From positions 25,358,001 to 25,422,000 of the forward strand of contig NC_043001.1 in assembly GCF_006345805.1 (NCBI RefSeq): a stretch of 64,000 nucleotides of DNA. The letters run 5' to 3'. Made by a program: the position numbers and the translations under genes. Positions 37,958 to 50,004 of this stretch are shown here, in pieces; position 1 is the first letter of the stretch; every line of letters starts with the position of its first letter. Source of the stretch: Octopus sinensis (lineage: Eukaryota). The notes under the pieces are model-generated. The model saw only the letters and a program-made list of their open reading frames with translations, was not told the origin of the DNA and searched no databases.

Positions 37958-38834
37958 GTAAGGATCTCTTTTATTATTCATTGGTGGGGAAGAGTGCATA
38001 TGTTTTAGTATGTGTGCAATAGACTATAAGTTACTGAAGTGTGTCTATACAATCAAACTTTGGTATCTGAAGTCCACAGAAGGTGTCACAACCAGTCATT
38101 TGAAAGTAATAGTACATGTATCCTTGTTCATCATTAGTGTTTGGTTCCCAAAAAAGGATGATAAATGAATAATAGAAGATATAGAAAAAATGGGTTTCAT
38201 TCTGAGACACCAAGTTGTACTGAGCATTATGGATGGTCACTAGGGCATGCTTTTGCAATCCAAGCAGAATCTTTGACTAATCACCAATCTGTATTATCAC
38301 AGATCAGTTTGTGATAAGTATAACACAGATCACAATTATTTTTTCCTTCTCGAGCCATGCCAGGCTCATAAGGGCCGGTTTCCCGGTTTCAGTGGCGTAG
38401 AAATCCCAACCTGGACGGGACGCCGGTCTGTCGCAGAATTACTCATTTTTACCAGCTGAGTGGACTGGAGCAACATGAAATGAAGTGTTGTGCTCAAGAA
38501 TACAACGCATCGGCCAGTCCAGGAATCGAAACCACAACCTTACGATCATGAGTTCAACACCCTAACCACTAAGCCACGTGCTTCCATGTCAATTATGCAT
38601 ACCATGTCATCTCTGATCAGTGGTGAGTAAAGAAGTAACAAAGATAGATGTTATTAAAATTGAATAATTTGGAAATTTTGTTAATTTGAATGTTTTCTAG
38701 CCCAATGCAGCTACATTTCAGAACACAGTGACTAAGATCAGTCTCAGAGTGGAAATGAGCTTCTAAAAAGTTTGAGAGCTTAATCTTAATTTCAGTTTAC
38801 GTAGACTTATGTAAAAATATTATATCTCAAGATA

Positions 38835-39157
38835 GGAGCACTCTGTCGGTTACGATGACGAGGGTCCCAGCTGATAGGATCAACGGAACAGCTTGCTCGT
38901 GAAATTAACGGGCAAGTGACTGAGCAATCCACAGACACGCATACCCCTAACGTAGTTCTCAGGGAGATTCAGTGTGACACAGAGTGTGACAAAGCCGGCC
39001 CTTTGAAATACAGGTACAACTCATTTTTGCCAGCTGAGTGGACTGGAGCAACGTGAAATAAAGTGTCTTGCTCAAGGACACAACGCGTCGCCGGGAATTG
39101 AACTCACGACCTTACAATCATGAGCCAAATGCCCTAACCACTAAGCCATGCACCTTT
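38835..39157 (-). mobile_element. Chimeric SINE: family-E head/core plus family-D 3' half
   Basis: TSD TCAAGATA at 38827-38834 and 39158-39165. Confidence 0.85.
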
Positions 39158-39417
39158 TCAAGATAATGACGGTCAAAAAGTACATAATCCTTTCTACTCT
39201 AGGCACAAGGCCTGAAATTTGGGGGAGGGGGATATTCGATTACATCGACACCAGTGTTTTACTGGTACTTAATTTATCAACCCCGAAAGGATGAAAAGTA
39301 AAGTTGACCTAGGCAGACTTTGAACTCTCAACGCTGTGACAGGCGAAATACTACTAACCATTTCATCCAGCATGCTAACAGTTCTGCCAGCTCACCAACT
39401 TTCAAAAAATATTGGCG

Positions 39418-39564
39418 TAGGAGTGGCTGTGTGGTAAGTAGCTTGCTTACGAACCACATGGTACCGGATTCAGTCCCACTGCATGGCACCTCGGGCCGAC
39501 CAAAGCCTTGTGAGAGGATTTGGTTGACGGAAACTGAAAGAAGCCAGTTGTATATATGTATGTG

Positions 39565-39615
<51 letters not shown>

Positions 39616-39823
39616 TTGTGTGTCTGTATTTGTCCCCCAACATCACTTGACAACCGATGCCGGTGTGTTTACGTCCCCATGACCTAGCGGTTCAGCAAAA
39701 GAGACCGATAGAATAAGTACTAGGCTTACAAAGAATAAGTCCTGGGTTCGATTTGCTCGACTACAGGCGGTGCTGCAGCATGGCCACAGTCAAATGACTG
39801 AAACAAGTAAAACAGTAAAGAGT
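39418..39823 (+). mobile_element. SINE family A, preceded by a B-variant SINE (~39190-39400, minus)
   Basis: Homology to family consensus. Confidence 0.85.
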
Positions 39824-39998
39824 ATAATAATAAAATAAAATGTTAAAGATGAGCTAACCAGTCAATATGTACTGTAATGTTTGCAGTTTTTGTTTTCTGA
39901 TTAAAAATTGTAGATAACTTTGGTAAATTTTATCCGAGTCAATAATTTTAATACTAAATATCATTTTACTATTTTCTTTTTTTTTTTTTTTTTTTCAG

Positions 39999-40013
39999 TG
40001 TACCATTTTATGA
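39999..40013 (+). CDS. MINDY1/2: MINDY1/2 terminal coding exon, CAAX box CTIL*
   Basis: Long poly-T+CAG acceptor, then TGT ACC ATT TTA TGA in phase 0. Human MINDY1/2 also end in a CAAX-type motif. Confidence 0.92.
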   Translation, partial: CTIL

Positions 40014-40779
40014 AGAAAGTCCAGTTCAGTAACAACATTTTGACAAAGTTATACTAATCTTTTCTAGCCTTCAATATGCTTTAAACAATATTAAGTGGAT
40101 TTGGTGAAAATTCAGTTACTGAAGTGTGTCTATACAATCAAACTTTGTATGGTATCTGAAGTCCACAGAAGGTGTCACAACCAGCCAAAGTGCATACATT
40201 GTTTATATTTAATTTTCATGATAATAAGTATAGATGTTAAAAAGAAAAAAAACAACATTAAATGGCCTTTTTCATTTTTACAAATATGGTTGAGATATTG
40301 TGCGGTTGAAGTGACAGGCCTGGAAAATACAGCAACCTCACAGTTGTTTCATTGTTAAATTGCCTCAAGAGCTACTATTTTCACCACATAAAGATTACAT
40401 AAAAGTAAAAGATTTCAAATTAAAATATTACTAAAATTTATGACAAGATGACAACAATCTTGTTAATTTTTTTTTTTTTTAATAAACTTTACCTTCTAGT
40501 TGATTCTGTGTTGCTGTTAAAAAAAATATGAAATTCAATCAAGAGTTTTATCTTTGGCTTTTCTTTTCTTTCTTTTTCTTTTTTTTTTTTTTTTTGTAGA
40601 AGAATTCAAATTTTAGTAAATACTTTTACTGAGGGCTCCTGTTATATTTATATGAAATTTATCCAAAGCTAATATTTTATCAGGTTATTTGCACAGCCCT
40701 TCACATCACCCTTCCATTCCAACCAAGGAAAATTTTTTCTTAATTTTATTTAATTTTCCTATATAACCACAATGATTGC

Positions 40780-40818
<39 letters not shown>

Positions 40819-41693
40819 CTGTTTATAGGGTCATGTATTTAAATTTTTGAATTTTGAATTTTGCTCACTAAATTAAATCACCAATTGGTAAGTTGTTTTT
40901 TTTTAACAAGATAAACAGTAACAATTTTTAGAATAGTACTAACATTAATTTACTACAATTTGGTTTCATGTTATTCAGTTACCTATATAACAGCTTCAGC
41001 TCCTGTTGTTAAAACTTTTAATATCTTCCAAGTTACTGCTCAACTAATTTGGTTTCTTTCATGGAAAGAAGACAAAAGTTGTTGATGTAAAAATAAAATA
41101 TTATTGATATTTATTATTATTATTATTATTATAATCACCATCATCATTATTTTTTTTTGTGATTATTTGGTACTAATTTAAAAAACAAATTGAAAAATTG
41201 GTTTTGTAAATGTTGAATTAGAAAATCATAAGAAATTTTGACTTGCTCTTCATAGTTGCTTTCTAAAAACTGGCTTCTACTCCTTATTTCATTAATGGTT
41301 GAAATTCACCCCAGACAGTCTGTGAGGATTAGCCTATATATTCTAGTTCTGTGTCTGTTTAGTTAATACCTAGTGCACTCTTCAGTTTTCTAGAAACTTG
41401 AGTCTTGTTTACTCCTCTGCTGTTATTTGTAGTAATTATAGTAATAAGACTTGATAGATCTGTCTGTGTGAATGGTAAATGGTTATAATACGTAGCAAAT
41501 TAAAGCCTCTTCTCTTTGAGTTTATTTGCTAACATTCAAAGTGTTCTTTCTTCTTTAACATTTTCGATATTCCAACATTTACTTATTGTAGTAAAGATTA
41601 TTTTTACTAAACAACAACAACAAAAAAAAAATGTTATTTTTAACGTGCCTCCTATTGTCAAACCCAATTTCCTGGTGCATGTACACACACACA

Positions 41694-41738
<45 letters not shown>

Positions 41739-43300
41739 AACAAATATTTTTCTTGTCAGTATGCACTGAAGTAAATAGAAATAGTTTTTCATGTTGAACT
41801 TGTGTATAGAGAAGGGATTAAGAGAAAGTTTAGTTCACTGTGATAAATTTCAGGTTCATTCATATACCTTACATATAAGCAATTATTGGAACTTTCTTAT
41901 CCCTTTTCTCTTTCTCAAGTATGTATGTGTTGGATCCTTTGTGGGGATTAGTGGTGTACTTACTTTAAAATCCTAATTGTACTAATTCCTTTTCTCACAA
42001 AATAGATGAAGTTCCTTTATTAGTTTATCTGATTTTAGATAGATCCTATTCTAAAATCTACTAAATTTGAAAATATATCTTTGCCTTCATTATCATTTCT
42101 TGGAATTTCTTATATTTCATCAAAACCTTTTTTTTTTCTTTAAATCTTCAATATTTATTTGTTAGTTTTAAATAGTTAATCACTATTTTTTAATTGAGTT
42201 ACAAACACAAATGCTCAATAACATAGACAGAAGATCCATTTTAAACATGGCTTAACTGGATGCTATCATTCATCCACACTGATTTTTAATGATTTTTAAC
42301 AGTGATAAACAGAATGTGTCTGATTGATGAAATGCACCCCTCAAAGATGATTAAAGGAAAACAATTGCTCTTACATTTTCCAAGCTCTAACTGGATTTTC
42401 AAACATGGTTTCCATACTAAATGTGTCATATATACACATTTCTGTTGTCTATTTGCACTGTAATATATATATACATACATACACATGTATGTAACTATGT
42501 ATGTGCGCATATATATATATATAATATTCATCTCTGCTTAAATCTGTGCCCAAGCATTTTGGTCAGTTTTTCTCCAAGACCAAAATGCTGTATATATTTA
42601 TTTACTTACAAGATGTTAAGCTCTAAAATATTTTATTGTTGTTTAGTGATGAAATTGGGTTTCTGGGGGCTTTCAGTCAATGCAAATATCTGAGAAGATT
42701 CAATTTTGAATTTTTTCTAATTTCATTGAAATATAAGATGAAAAGCTTCTGTGAGCAGACCAGAACAAAACATTGCTGTTTATTGTCCCTGCAAATGTTG
42801 CCTTCAGCCTTTTGCTCTGTAACCTTCTTCAATGCACAATGGCAGTAAATACAAATTTTAAACCAAGCTTTCTTGATATAAATATACTTTCAGCCCTCTA
42901 CCCAAAATAATAACCAATTATAGTTTTTCATTTATCTATACATATCTGATTACATCATTATTTTCATAGGATTTCTTGTTTTGCTCTAATAATTATAATT
43001 TAAGTAAGCAGAATATTTGAGGTTTCTGATTAGAAAGTTGTTTGAGGTTTATAAAACCCAAAATTACTTCATCATCATTCATATTTATTTGTCTAACTTT
43101 AAAACACAACAAAACGGTTTTGATAGCAAGATGTTAGGTTTAGTTACATAATACCTACAACTCTATCAACAAAAACCAAGTCAATGATATTAACTCTCTG
43201 ATGATAATAACAACTATTCAAAACTCCTCTCATTAAACCATGTTCAGAGTGTTGGAATCTAATATGCCCTCACAAGAATAAATTTCTTGACTATTTCAAA
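40014..43300 (+). other. Probable long AT-rich 3' UTR of MINDY1/2 (end uncertain)
   Basis: Follows the stop codon; about 3.5 kb free of the SINEs that are dense elsewhere. AATAAA at 40481, about 41093 and 43277. Confidence 0.45.
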
Positions 43301-43812
43301 CAATGTTTCCATTGTATTTTTCAGGGGTTATAAACTCAGTGCCTCAGTAATTCATTTCACCTCACTGTAAAGGTAGACTTAGTATATCCTTAAATCTAAC
43401 CCTAACTTTCCTTGTGCTGCCTCACAAGCATCTTTTAACTATGTAACTAATTTGAAGATTAATTATTTTTTTTTAATTTATTATTTCATATTCTTTATAT
43501 TCCATTGGAAGGTTCAAAGATCAATGGCTATTTCCCTTGTGGTAGATATCTATCACAATTTTCTCTGTAAAATCTGAAGCAAGTTATCTTTGAATTAAAG
43601 AAAACTGTATATTCACAAAATTGTTGATCTTCAAAGACAAAATTTTGTTGTTGTTTTATTTCTTTAACCTTTTTATGACAATATTTCTGTTGAAATGTAT
43701 TTGTTTTTGTTTCATTCAATGTGGAAAATAACGAAGAATTTAGCAAAATAACTTTGTTGTTATGAAGCTGGTGTCTGGAACATAAATTAGCAAGTAAGTT
43801 TGATGATAGAAG

Positions 43813-43864
43813 GTCTTACAGCTGTTTCTGGGATATTAATTAATAATATCCCTTCATCGGAGAC
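43813..43864 (-). ncRNA. Minimal hammerhead-like motif, second family (core CCGATGA)
   Basis: Minus strand GTCT-CCGATGA-A-GGGATATT-loop-AATATCCC-A-GAAA-CAGCTGT-A-AGAC. Palindromic ACAGCTGT helix III; GUA triplet. Confidence 0.6.
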
Positions 43865-44114
43865 GGGGTGAGAGGAAAAATTAATTCATAGTTGCCTTAA
43901 CATTTGTTGTCCTCTCTAACAATTGTTATATATATAACAATTGTTAAAGAGGACAACAAATGTTAAAGCAAGGCAGATATCACAAGTCATACACATTTTT
44001 TTTTTCCAATAATAATAACATTTATGACTTGAGATATTCGCCTTGCCTTAATATTTGTTGTCCTCTTTAACAATTATATATCTGCTGCATTGGAAATCTG
44101 CAATGGCTCCATCA

Positions 44115-44352
44115 CTACCTATTTCTTTATTACCCACAAGGGGGCTAAACACAGAGGGGACAAACAAAGACAGACATGGGTATTAAGTCGATTACATCGA
44201 CCCCCAGTGCGTAACTGGTACTTAATTTATCGACCCCGAAAGGATGAAAGGCAAAGTCGACCTCGGCAGAATTTGAACTCACAACGTAACAGCAGATAAA
44301 ATACAGCTACACGTTTCGCTCGACGTGCTAACATTTCTGCCAGCTCACCGCC
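44115..44352 (-). mobile_element. SINE family B
   Basis: Homology to consensus. Confidence 0.85.
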
Positions 44353-44607
44353 TTCATCACTACCGTCTCAGCTACAACCTTGGAGCCCTAATAATCTGTT
44401 TTCTAAACATTGTAGGATTTCACACAATTCCATGCAGCATAGATTACACCCATACATGTCATTGAATCCTATACACTTCAGCAATGTAACCACATGTGTA
44501 GTTGGCAATTTCTTTTCCTTCTTTGGACTTTTCCCTTTCTCCTTTCCAACACTTACCTAGTGTACCTAATCGCTTAGATCACCTGTGAACTACAGTCCCA
44601 TACTTTG

Positions 44608-44648
<41 letters not shown>

Positions 44649-44701
44649 CGTAATGAGATAAAAAACCAAGGCTGTGTAGATTTCAGAACATTTATAGATA
44701 G

Positions 44702-44749
44702 GTCTTACAGCTGTTTCCAGGATATTTGTTATATCCCTTCATCGGAGAC
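44702..44749 (-). ncRNA. Minimal hammerhead-like motif, second family, copy 2
   Basis: Minus strand GTCT-CCGATGA-A-GGGATAT-AACAA-ATATCCT-G-GAAA-CAGCTGT-A-AGAC. Flanked by a ~36-bp inverted repeat (44646-44681 / 44761-44796). Confidence 0.6.
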
Positions 44750-45344
44750 GGTGTGAGAGGATCTACACAGCCTTGGTTTTTTTATCTCATTACGAAAAAA
44801 TTTTTATATACACATGCTGACATATGACCAATGTTGAACCCCTTATTTGCATAATCACCGAACCTGGAACTTAACTATGGTCTATCTATAGCACTTATTC
44901 AGCATTACCTGACACCTTTGGGTCTCAATGACACTATTACCTCTCATAAACTCTCTCTCTCTCTATATATATATATAGATAGATAGATATTTTATATAAT
45001 CATTCAAAAAGTAATCACCAGTGCAAAATATAGGAAGGAAAGACAGGTATAAGATTAGCAAATATAAATACCTAAATAGTAAAATTAATATACCTAATAA
45101 TAAATACTTAATATCTAATTATTGATCAATATAATGTGGCTAAATAGGAGAGCATAGTACAATAAAAAGGTATATATTCAGTAATTAGATGTGAATGATG
45201 CAGTTATTACGAAGATTTCCAATATTTGAATAGTAGCCAAATGTTTTATATTAAGCTATATTGTTTATTACCTATATGAGCCTGGGTAATTGGATTAATT
45301 CTAGTCACTATGGTGATAATAGATTACCTAAGCTATTACACATG

Positions 45345-45575
45345 AGGCGGCGAGCTGGTAGAAACGTTAGCACGCCGGGCGAAATTCGTAGCAGTATTTT
45401 GTCTGTCGTTACGTTCCGAGTTCAAATTCCGCCGAGGTCGACTTTGCCTTTCATCCTTTTGGGGTCGATAAATTAAGTACCAGTTACGCACTGGGGTCGA
45501 TGTAATCGACTCAATCCCTTTGTCTGTCCTTGTTTGTCCCCTCTATGTTTAGCCCGTTGTGGGTAGTAAAGAAAT
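45345..45575 (+). mobile_element. SINE family B
   Basis: Near-consensus, CpG-rich copy. Confidence 0.9.
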
Positions 45576-45847
45576 ATATTACACATGAGACAAGAACTTA
45601 ATTATCAAATATAAATATTCATGATGTAAGAATTTAAATAGGGTACAATACCCAGAATTAAACTAGACCAAGGGTTTGAAATACAAAAATGTGCTCCTAG
45701 TGCAATGTGGGCATTTTATTTCAAGTTCATTTAATTTGTTAAGAACCTCACCCAAACATTGTAGGATTTTACACAATTCCATGCGGCATAGGTTACACAC
45801 ATACCTGTCATTGAATCCTATATCCTTCAGCAATGTAACCACATGTG

Positions 45848-47257
45848 CTGGGAAGATCTTTGAACAACTTTTTGATCTTGCGATTACAATTAAAGGAATT
45901 GGAAGGCTAAAAATTGGTGCTAATGAAGTCGTAGAAATTCTCCAACAACCACTTCTGATGCTTTCCAGAGTTATAGTGGAAGCCAAATCTCATTGTCACA
46001 TATATGGCCTTCCGGCAGCAACCCTCTCCAGCTAGGTTTTGACCAAAGTCTCCAGCACCTTCGTATAGCTGTCTGAATCAAGCCTAAGACTCTACTCTTT
46101 ACTCTTTTACTTGTTTCAGTCATTTGACTGCGGCCATGCTGGAGCACTGCCTTTAGTCAAGCAAATCGACCCCAGGACTTATTCTTTGTAAGCCTAGTAC
46201 TTATTCTATCGGTCTCTTTTGCCAAACTGCTAAGTTACGGGGACATAAACACACCAGCATTGGTTGTCAAGCGATGTTGGGGTGACAAACACAGACACAC
46301 TTATACATATATATATATATGACGGGCTTCTTTCAGTTTCCATCTACCAAATCCACTCACAAGGCTTTGGTCAGCCCGAGGCTATAGTAGAAGACACTTG
46401 CCCAAGGTGCCACGCAATGGGACTGAACCCAGAACCAAGAGGTTTGTAAGCAAGCTACTTACCACACAGCCACTCCTATGCCCACTCTGTTCAAAAATGC
46501 TATGTGACTTGGCATCACCCTCATTGGAGACATACCCAAAGACCATTACAGTTTAGGGGGAACTTGGTTTTCATGTTATGGGAGCATCACATGGATTGTA
46601 GGTAAGCTACCTGTTGTTCTGGGTGTTGTGCAACTGGTCTTAGCAGAAGTTCTTTTCGTCTTAAAGGAACCAGATCATCCTTGGCTCAACAGGATGCCTC
46701 ACTTGTTCAAGAACTTCTTGGCCTTTGTCAAGTGGTTCTCCTTGGCTTTGGCTGTCAGAATTTGATTCCTGCATCTCTTTTTTTGAGTAGTGACAAAGAT
46801 CCTCATTCAGAGCCAGCTTCATGGTTGTGACTCCATCACTCATCTCTCTAGTCAAAAGCCAGATTCCCTTGCTTGGATCTTCCAAGCACCTTGTCCTACA
46901 GTAGCTGGATGAATTTCAGCATGCGGACACAGCCAGAATGCCTACTGTGTCCCTTCCTGCTGGCCACAGTTTCTTAGTTTCCATTGCAGCTGTCCATATC
47001 ACATCTTACTGCCTTCACAAAGCACTGAGCAGCAGTCATGATGCCAGTATTTTGACACCAGGTGTGAATCATCACAATACAGGTAACTCTTTTCCAATAT
47101 TCATATGGCTTCCAGTCCCCCATGTCAACTAAGTTTTTTCTCAACTACAACTTTAACCTTTAAGCTCTCCAATGCTGTCGAATGGCCACCAATACATGAA
47201 GCTGTTCTTGAAAAGGAAGAAACACTAAAAATCCTCAAATTTAACCAGAACACCCTA
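45848..47257 (-). mobile_element. Decayed Tc1/mariner transposon, maT (DD37D)-like, with one TIR
   Basis: TIR (C>T)AGGGTGTTCTGGTTAAATTTGAGGATTTT at 47257. ATG at 47123: MGDWKPYEYWKR...; then WFL*DEKNF, VMVFGYVSNEG, FEQSLRLDSDSY...LERVAAGRPYM*Q*D, KWLLENFYDF...*PSNSFNCN. The third catalytic Asp is deleted, so DD37D is inferred from spacing to the WPPNSPD-like motif. Confidence 0.88.
46094..46483 (-). mobile_element. SINE family A inserted in the transposase
   Basis: TSD ACTCT (46089-46093, 46484-46488). Removing it restores the reading FEQSLRLD. Confidence 0.9.
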
Positions 47258-47454
47258 CACACACACACACACTTCTAATTCAAAAGTCCACTTACTATGG
47301 AAGGAAAAACACAAAAGCCAAATCCTGATTTCTGATTTCTAAAGCTCTGTTGCTTTTGATTTTGTTTTTTCCCTATACATATAGGTAGAGAACCAATTGT
47401 TGAGCTCGGAAAAGAGTTTAGTTCCAGTTTGGGGTCTGAACCATTTCATGTTTT

Positions 47455-48590
47455 CCACGGTGGCACGTAAAAAGCACCATCCAACCCTGGCCGTTTACCA
47501 GCCTCGTTTGGCACGTAAAAAGCACCCACTACACTCATGGAGTGGTTGGCGTTAGGAAGGGCATCCAGCCGTAGAAACATTGCCAGATCAGACTGGGCCT
47601 GATGCAGCCTTCTGGCTTCCCACACTCCAGTTGAACCGTCCAACTCATGCCAGCATGGAAAGCAGATGTTAAACAATGATGATGATGATTGTTGTCATCA
47701 TTTAATGTCCATTTTCTATGCTGGCATAGTTTGGATATTTTGACAGGAACTGACTGGGCTGGGAGCTGCACCAGGCTTCATTGTCTGTTTTGGGCTTGGT
47801 TTCTACAACTGGATGCCTTTCCTAATGCCAACCACTTTACAGAGTGTACTTGGGTGCTTTTTACATAGCACCAGCCCCAGTGCTTTTTATGTGGTACCAG
47901 CACCAACAAGATCACCAAGTACCTTGCAAGACTATAAACCCCCTCATCCGGGAGGGAGGAGTACTGTTGAGAAGGTGTGGCTTTGTGCCAGTTGAGTGAT
48001 TTAAGGTATAGAGAGAACAAAGGCAGGTGTCTTGCTGTAGAGTAGATACATGGATACACAGTTGGAAAGCAAAGGAGAATGAGTTAGAAAGTAAGATAAA
48101 GAATGATAGTGAAAGAGATTATGGCAAATCTGTGATGGGACATAACCTCGAGGGACACTGCTGCCGTTTTACAAAGTATTTAGTCTCATATGAAGTTTTC
48201 ATCTGTAAGCTGTTCTAAATTGTATCCTATATTGAAAACAGAAAGGGTTTATCTAAATAAAAAATTAGTTAACTTTGCCTTGTTGACATTATCTAAACTT
48301 TGCTTGCTTATACAATAAGATGTCATCATCATCATCATCATCATCGTTTAATGTCCGCTTTCCGTGCTAGCATGGGTTGGACGTTCGACTGGGGTCTGGG
48401 AAGCCAGGAGGCTGCACCAGGCCCAGTCTGATCTGGCAGTGTTTCTACAGCTGGATGCCCTTCCTAAAACCAACCACACCGTGAGTGTAGTGGGTGCTTT
48501 TTATGTGCCACCGGCACAGAGGCCAGTCGGAGCGGCGCTGGCAACGGCCACGTTCATATGGTTCTTTTATGTGCCACCGGCACCGGTATC
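47455..48590. mobile_element. Cluster of family-C/RTE-tail fragments (47455-47690 +, ~47690-48070 -, 48324-48590 -)
   Basis: ggatgcccttcctaa core and (CAT)n/(GAT)n ends. Confidence 0.75.
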
Positions 48591-48944
48591 ACTACTACAA
48601 TTTCCATTGAAATGTGTGTTATATATCTTGGAAATAAAACTCACCATTAACTTTTTCATCAAGTTACATCTGAAATGTTTATAACTAGAAAAGAAAAAAG
48701 AAAATAAGATTTCCACAATTTATTTAATAAATACAACAGGTATTTAGCAAACTATTCAGTGAAAATATAGGAAATCAAAGTAGCTAGACTTTAAGATCAA
48801 AGTTCATATACAAACACCAGTAGATTTACAAGTCAGATGTGTTAAAATAAGAACAATCACTAATAAAATGTAAAATTGTTTTTGAATGAACCTCGTATTG
48901 GTACACGTCATCTACAGGATAAGTTATTGACTATAAACTGGTAT

Positions 48945-49170
48945 CTTATTTCTTTATTGCCCACAAGAGGCTAAACATAGAGGAGACAAACAAGGATAAA
49001 CGGATTGAGTCAATTACATCGACCCCAGTGCGTAACTGGTACTTAATTTATCAACCCCAAAAGGATGAAAAGCAAAGTCAACCTCGACGGAATTTGAACT
49101 CAGAACATAACGACGAAATACCACGAAGCATTTCGCCCAGCATGCTAACGTTTCTGCCAGCTCACCGCCT
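48945..49170 (-). mobile_element. SINE family B
   Basis: Homology to consensus. Confidence 0.85.
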
Positions 49171-50004
49171 TATAAACTGGTTTTGACATGACAAAACACC
49201 ATCCTAGTTAACCAAAGATGTCCTTGAAAGCTTATCCCTTTCTCCGACTATTCTACCGATCATGCTTTCTCTGCAGAAAAAATAAAATTTAATTCAAATT
49301 GAAAAAAATCATAATTTTCCCAAAATTAATAATTTTTTTATTTTTTTGTTAAATTTCTATTTGACCTCTCTGACAAGTTAATATAATAGAATTTTGTAAT
49401 TAAAAGTCTTGGAAAAAATTTGATAAGATGAGTTTAGTATTCAATCAAGAAAGATGACAGATGAACGCAGTAAATTTAAGAGATGTTTAATACGCATAAT
49501 ATTGCATAATTACACTATTTACTGCATCAAAGGAAATAGATGTAACATACACTGAAAATCTTTCCATGTGGGTTGAACAAACAGCACGAGATTGTATATA
49601 GTTATTATTCATTAACTTTAAAAAGGTTAAAATTAAGGCTAGACAAACTACTTTTTAACCCCTCCTCATTCAACAGAACAAATATCCAGTAATTTCACCA
49701 GGACACACCAAATAATGCATGTTTGTTTTCCTGAAACAAATCCACTAGTATTTTTTTTTTAAATGTATATATGGAACATAAATGAGTCACTGGTTTTATT
49801 CCATTGGCATTGGTGCCTAATTTCAGAAGGCGAGTGTGTTGTTACAGAGAATAGACATTTAAAAAGGAAACAGTAAATATAGAGAAGACCACAGCATTTC
49901 CTCCATAAAAAATCTCACTGTGATCCTCAGTATGAAATCATGAAATTAATATGTTGAAGAAAAAACTATATTTGAAAGAAATGTGTTTTGAAGCAGAAAT
50001 AAAA

